Part shown: positions 62,232-64,000 of the stretch, piece by piece
How the letters are laid out: each line of letters opens with the position of its first letter
How positions within the stretch are numbered: position 1 is the stretch's first letter
DNA from: a bacterium
GTDB lineage: Bacteria > Patescibacteriota > Minisyncoccia > Phycocordibacterales > UBA2100
NCBI GenBank assembly: GCA_030674455.1
Contig: JAUSGQ010000007.1
Span: forward strand, 83,947 to 147,946
Reading direction: 5' to 3'
Length of the DNA: 64,000 nt
Notes under the pieces: model-generated
What the model was told of the DNA's origin: nothing
Seen by the model: only the letters and a program-made list of their open reading frames with translations
Database searches by the model: none
Program-made: the position numbers and the translations under genes

Positions 62232-62978
62232 TTAGTAGTCTGAACGTTTGCGGCGCCAGAACCAGATGCCCCCGCCAAGAACCACAAGGATAACGAGCGT
62301 CACAAGCGATGCGATAGCCGGACTGCCGGTACCGAACGTGAGGATGTTCTCAAACGGCGACAACGCCACTGCTGCGGCTTGCGCTGGTACTCCACTGTCT
62401 GTGGATGCGGCTTCCGTGGCCGTTGATTCTGTTACGGTGCCGGCAGTCACTGTCTTTGAAGGCGTACTGGGCTCTGTAACCGTCTGTGTCGGCGCAGGAG
62501 CCGTGCTTGCGGCAGAAATAGTCACTGCTACTGAACCTTGACTACCCGCGACTGCATTTTGATTGTTTGCATCCAGAATAAGCGATTCGGAGGTCGCTGA
62601 AATTGTTGCCGTGCCGTTTTTCTTCGCGCGAAAAGTTGCGGTGCCAAGAACAGTTGCTGAAGTAACGCCGCCCGGATATCCGCCGGTCTTCGCCATTACG
62701 CCGTTTGTATTGTCCTCCGTGTCATACCCAGATTGGGAGAGCGGCATCCACTTCGATGCAAACGAGAAGCCGGTGAGCGTTAACACTGCAGGATCAAACG
62801 AAAGATTCGCTCGCACGGTATATGCTTTCCCAGAGGTTGGATTCACGCCGACGGTCACACTGAACGTATTCCCAGCTACCGTCGCGACGGTCGCTGGCGC
62901 GAGCGTCACCGAGGACGCCATAGCCGCAGCCGGGAGCAAAAGCGCAGAAAGTGTAATCGCAGAAAGTATTTTTTTCAT
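62232..62978 (-). CDS. cell-surface protein with cohesin-like domain and C-terminal TM anchor
   Basis: It has a signal peptide and a beta-sandwich cohesin-like segment (TFSVTVGVNPTSGKAYTVRANLSFDPAVLTLTGFSF...TATFRAKKNGTATISA). A Thr/Ala/Ser-rich linker precedes the C-terminal TM helix plus RRKR. Confidence 0.5.
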   Translation of the reverse strand: MKKILSAITLSALLLPAAAMASSVTLAPATVATVAGNTFSVTVGVNPTSGKAYTVRANLSFDPAVLTLTGFSFASKWMPLSQSGYDTEDNTNGVMAKTGGYPGGVTSATVLGTATFRAKKNGTATISATSESLILDANNQNAVAGSQGSVAVTISAASTAPAPTQTVTEPSTPSKTVTAGTVTESTATEAASTDSGVPAQAAAVALSPFENILTFGTGSPAIASLVTLVILVVLGGGIWFWRRKRSDY

Positions 62979-62987
62979 AGTCTAGGG

Positions 62988-64000
62988 TTATGCAGTCCAG
63001 TGAACCATTAATAAGTTAAAGTCGAACACGTCGACTGTGCCGTTGCCGTCGAAGTCGGCAACGACTGTCGCTCCCTTCTCGCCCCAATGCACCATCAGGG
63101 AATTGAAGTCGAGGACGTCGATATGATTGTCGTTATTGGTGTCATACACCTTCTGTGCTGCGGTGAGCGCTGTGACTGTTGGCGTGACAGTTGGAGTGGT
63201 GTTCGTAGTCCCACCACCTCCTCCTCCGCCACCGCTCGGCGCCGGAGCCGGAGCCGGAGCCGGATTAGCCGCCAACGAACCGAAACTCGTGAAGTGGTAG
63301 GTCACAATCTTGGTATTAGTGCCGTCGCTGATCGAGCATTCGCTATTCGCCGGCGGATTACCTGGGGTTGCATAGGGGCTGGCACACACATTAGTAATCC
63401 GCACCCAGGTATCCGAGCCGGACGGCCGATATCCTACAGCCCCTGTAACGCCCGTCAGCACTAGCGTGACCGGTTTATCGAAGGTTAACGTTCCGTCGGG
63501 TGACCCGACTGAAACGACCGTGCTCCCAACACTATATCCGGCGGGAGCACTCCCGCCGCTTGGCGTACCGGAAACCGGCGGGGTTACCTTGCCATCCCAT
63601 CCGGACGGACCGGTAATTTTAGTCCCGTCGGGGAAGCTCGCGCTCACGCTGCTCAATGCGGAGTTGGTCAATACGATTGGCGTACCAGAAACACCTGAGT
63701 TGAGCGTGACCGCACGCCCGCTCAATCCGGACGATAGGTTCATTACGGTCGTGTCGTTCAAGACAACATTCGTCGCTCCTGCGGGCAAGCTAACCGACCC
63801 CGCGCCAGCAGAGGTGACCGAAACATCTGCGCCGTTGCCAAATACCGTATCACTAGGCACGGCTGTAGTGAAATTCAATTCTGTGTGTTCCCCATTCGCA
63901 AACACGGCCGTTGCACCGGTATCAACAGAGTCAATAAAGAACTTCAGAATTGACCCGGTTCTATTATTGTCTGGGTCAGTAACGAACAGTAGGTCGGGAT
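62988..64000 (-). CDS. surface protein with C-terminal dockerin-like tandem Ca-binding repeats (5-prime end beyond window)
   Basis: The C-terminus (YDTNNDNHIDVLDFNSLMVHWGE and DFDGNGTVDVFDFNLLMVHWTA) matches the dockerin duplicated EF-hand-like repeat (DxNxDGxIDxxD...L). A poly-Gly/Pro-Ala linker precedes it. The ORF is open to the window edge. Confidence 0.6.
   Translation of the reverse strand, partial: PDLLFVTDPDNNRTGSILKFFIDSVDTGATAVFANGEHTELNFTTAVPSDTVFGNGADVSVTSAGAGSVSLPAGATNVVLNDTTVMNLSSGLSGRAVTLNSGVSGTPIVLTNSALSSVSASFPDGTKITGPSGWDGKVTPPVSGTPSGGSAPAGYSVGSTVVSVGSPDGTLTFDKPVTLVLTGVTGAVGYRPSGSDTWVRITNVCASPYATPGNPPANSECSISDGTNTKIVTYHFTSFGSLAANPAPAPAPAPSGGGGGGGGTTNTTPTVTPTVTALTAAQKVYDTNNDNHIDVLDFNSLMVHWGEKGATVVADFDGNGTVDVFDFNLLMVHWTA

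Overview
This 64 kb window looks like a gene-dense bacterial chromosome segment. Gene content and style suggest a reduced-genome Candidate Phyla Radiation / Patescibacteria-type organism: many small genes, giant surface proteins, peptidoglycan and cell-division genes, and aminoacyl-tRNA synthetases with insertions. That lineage call is an inference, not established.

The conserved core is:
- partial rpoA, then rplQ, rplM and rpsI;
- grpE and dnaK, separated from dnaJ by a PaaX-like regulator and a GNAT acetyltransferase;
- trpS, aspS, scpA, scpB and a D-Ala-D-Ala carboxypeptidase;
- a ~1900 aa secreted metzincin-like protein with peptidoglycan-binding domains;
- mraY, ftsW, murG, gltX and an M23 peptidase;
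- lexA followed by a Y-family polymerase;
- a tyrosine recombinase, a DEDDh exonuclease, rpmA and rplI;
- otsB and otsA, a P-type ATPase, ctpA, a CorA-like transporter, cysS, leuS and ychF;
- a DUF4143-type AAA ATPase and a cohesin/dockerin gene pair at the window end.

Accessory content sits between these blocks:
- Two IS200/IS605-family Y1 (RayT-like) transposase elements, each with its own hairpin or REP-like repeat family.
- A solitary MazF/PemK-like toxin cassette with a perfect 46-nt palindromic operator/promoter and ~31-bp flanking direct repeats.
- An AT-rich three-gene island: an atypical kinase, a fusion of a 2-hydroxyacid-dehydrogenase-like domain to a histidine phosphatase, and a membrane protein.
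- A GC-rich trio of Cys-rich secreted proteins.

The observations most worth following up are:
- leuS carries an inserted complete alpha/beta serine-hydrolase domain next to its CP1 editing domain, plus a duplicated 5-prime end that forms an overlapping upstream ORF.
- otsA is fused to a two-TM sensor and HAMP module.
- A CorA-like protein has its GMN motif replaced.
- A Cheo-type LexA box sits in what looks like a leaderless lexA promoter.
- Several short intergenic motif families recur across the window.

No rRNA gene, tRNA gene or CRISPR array was found. Coordinates I read directly off the sequence may be off by 1-2 nt.
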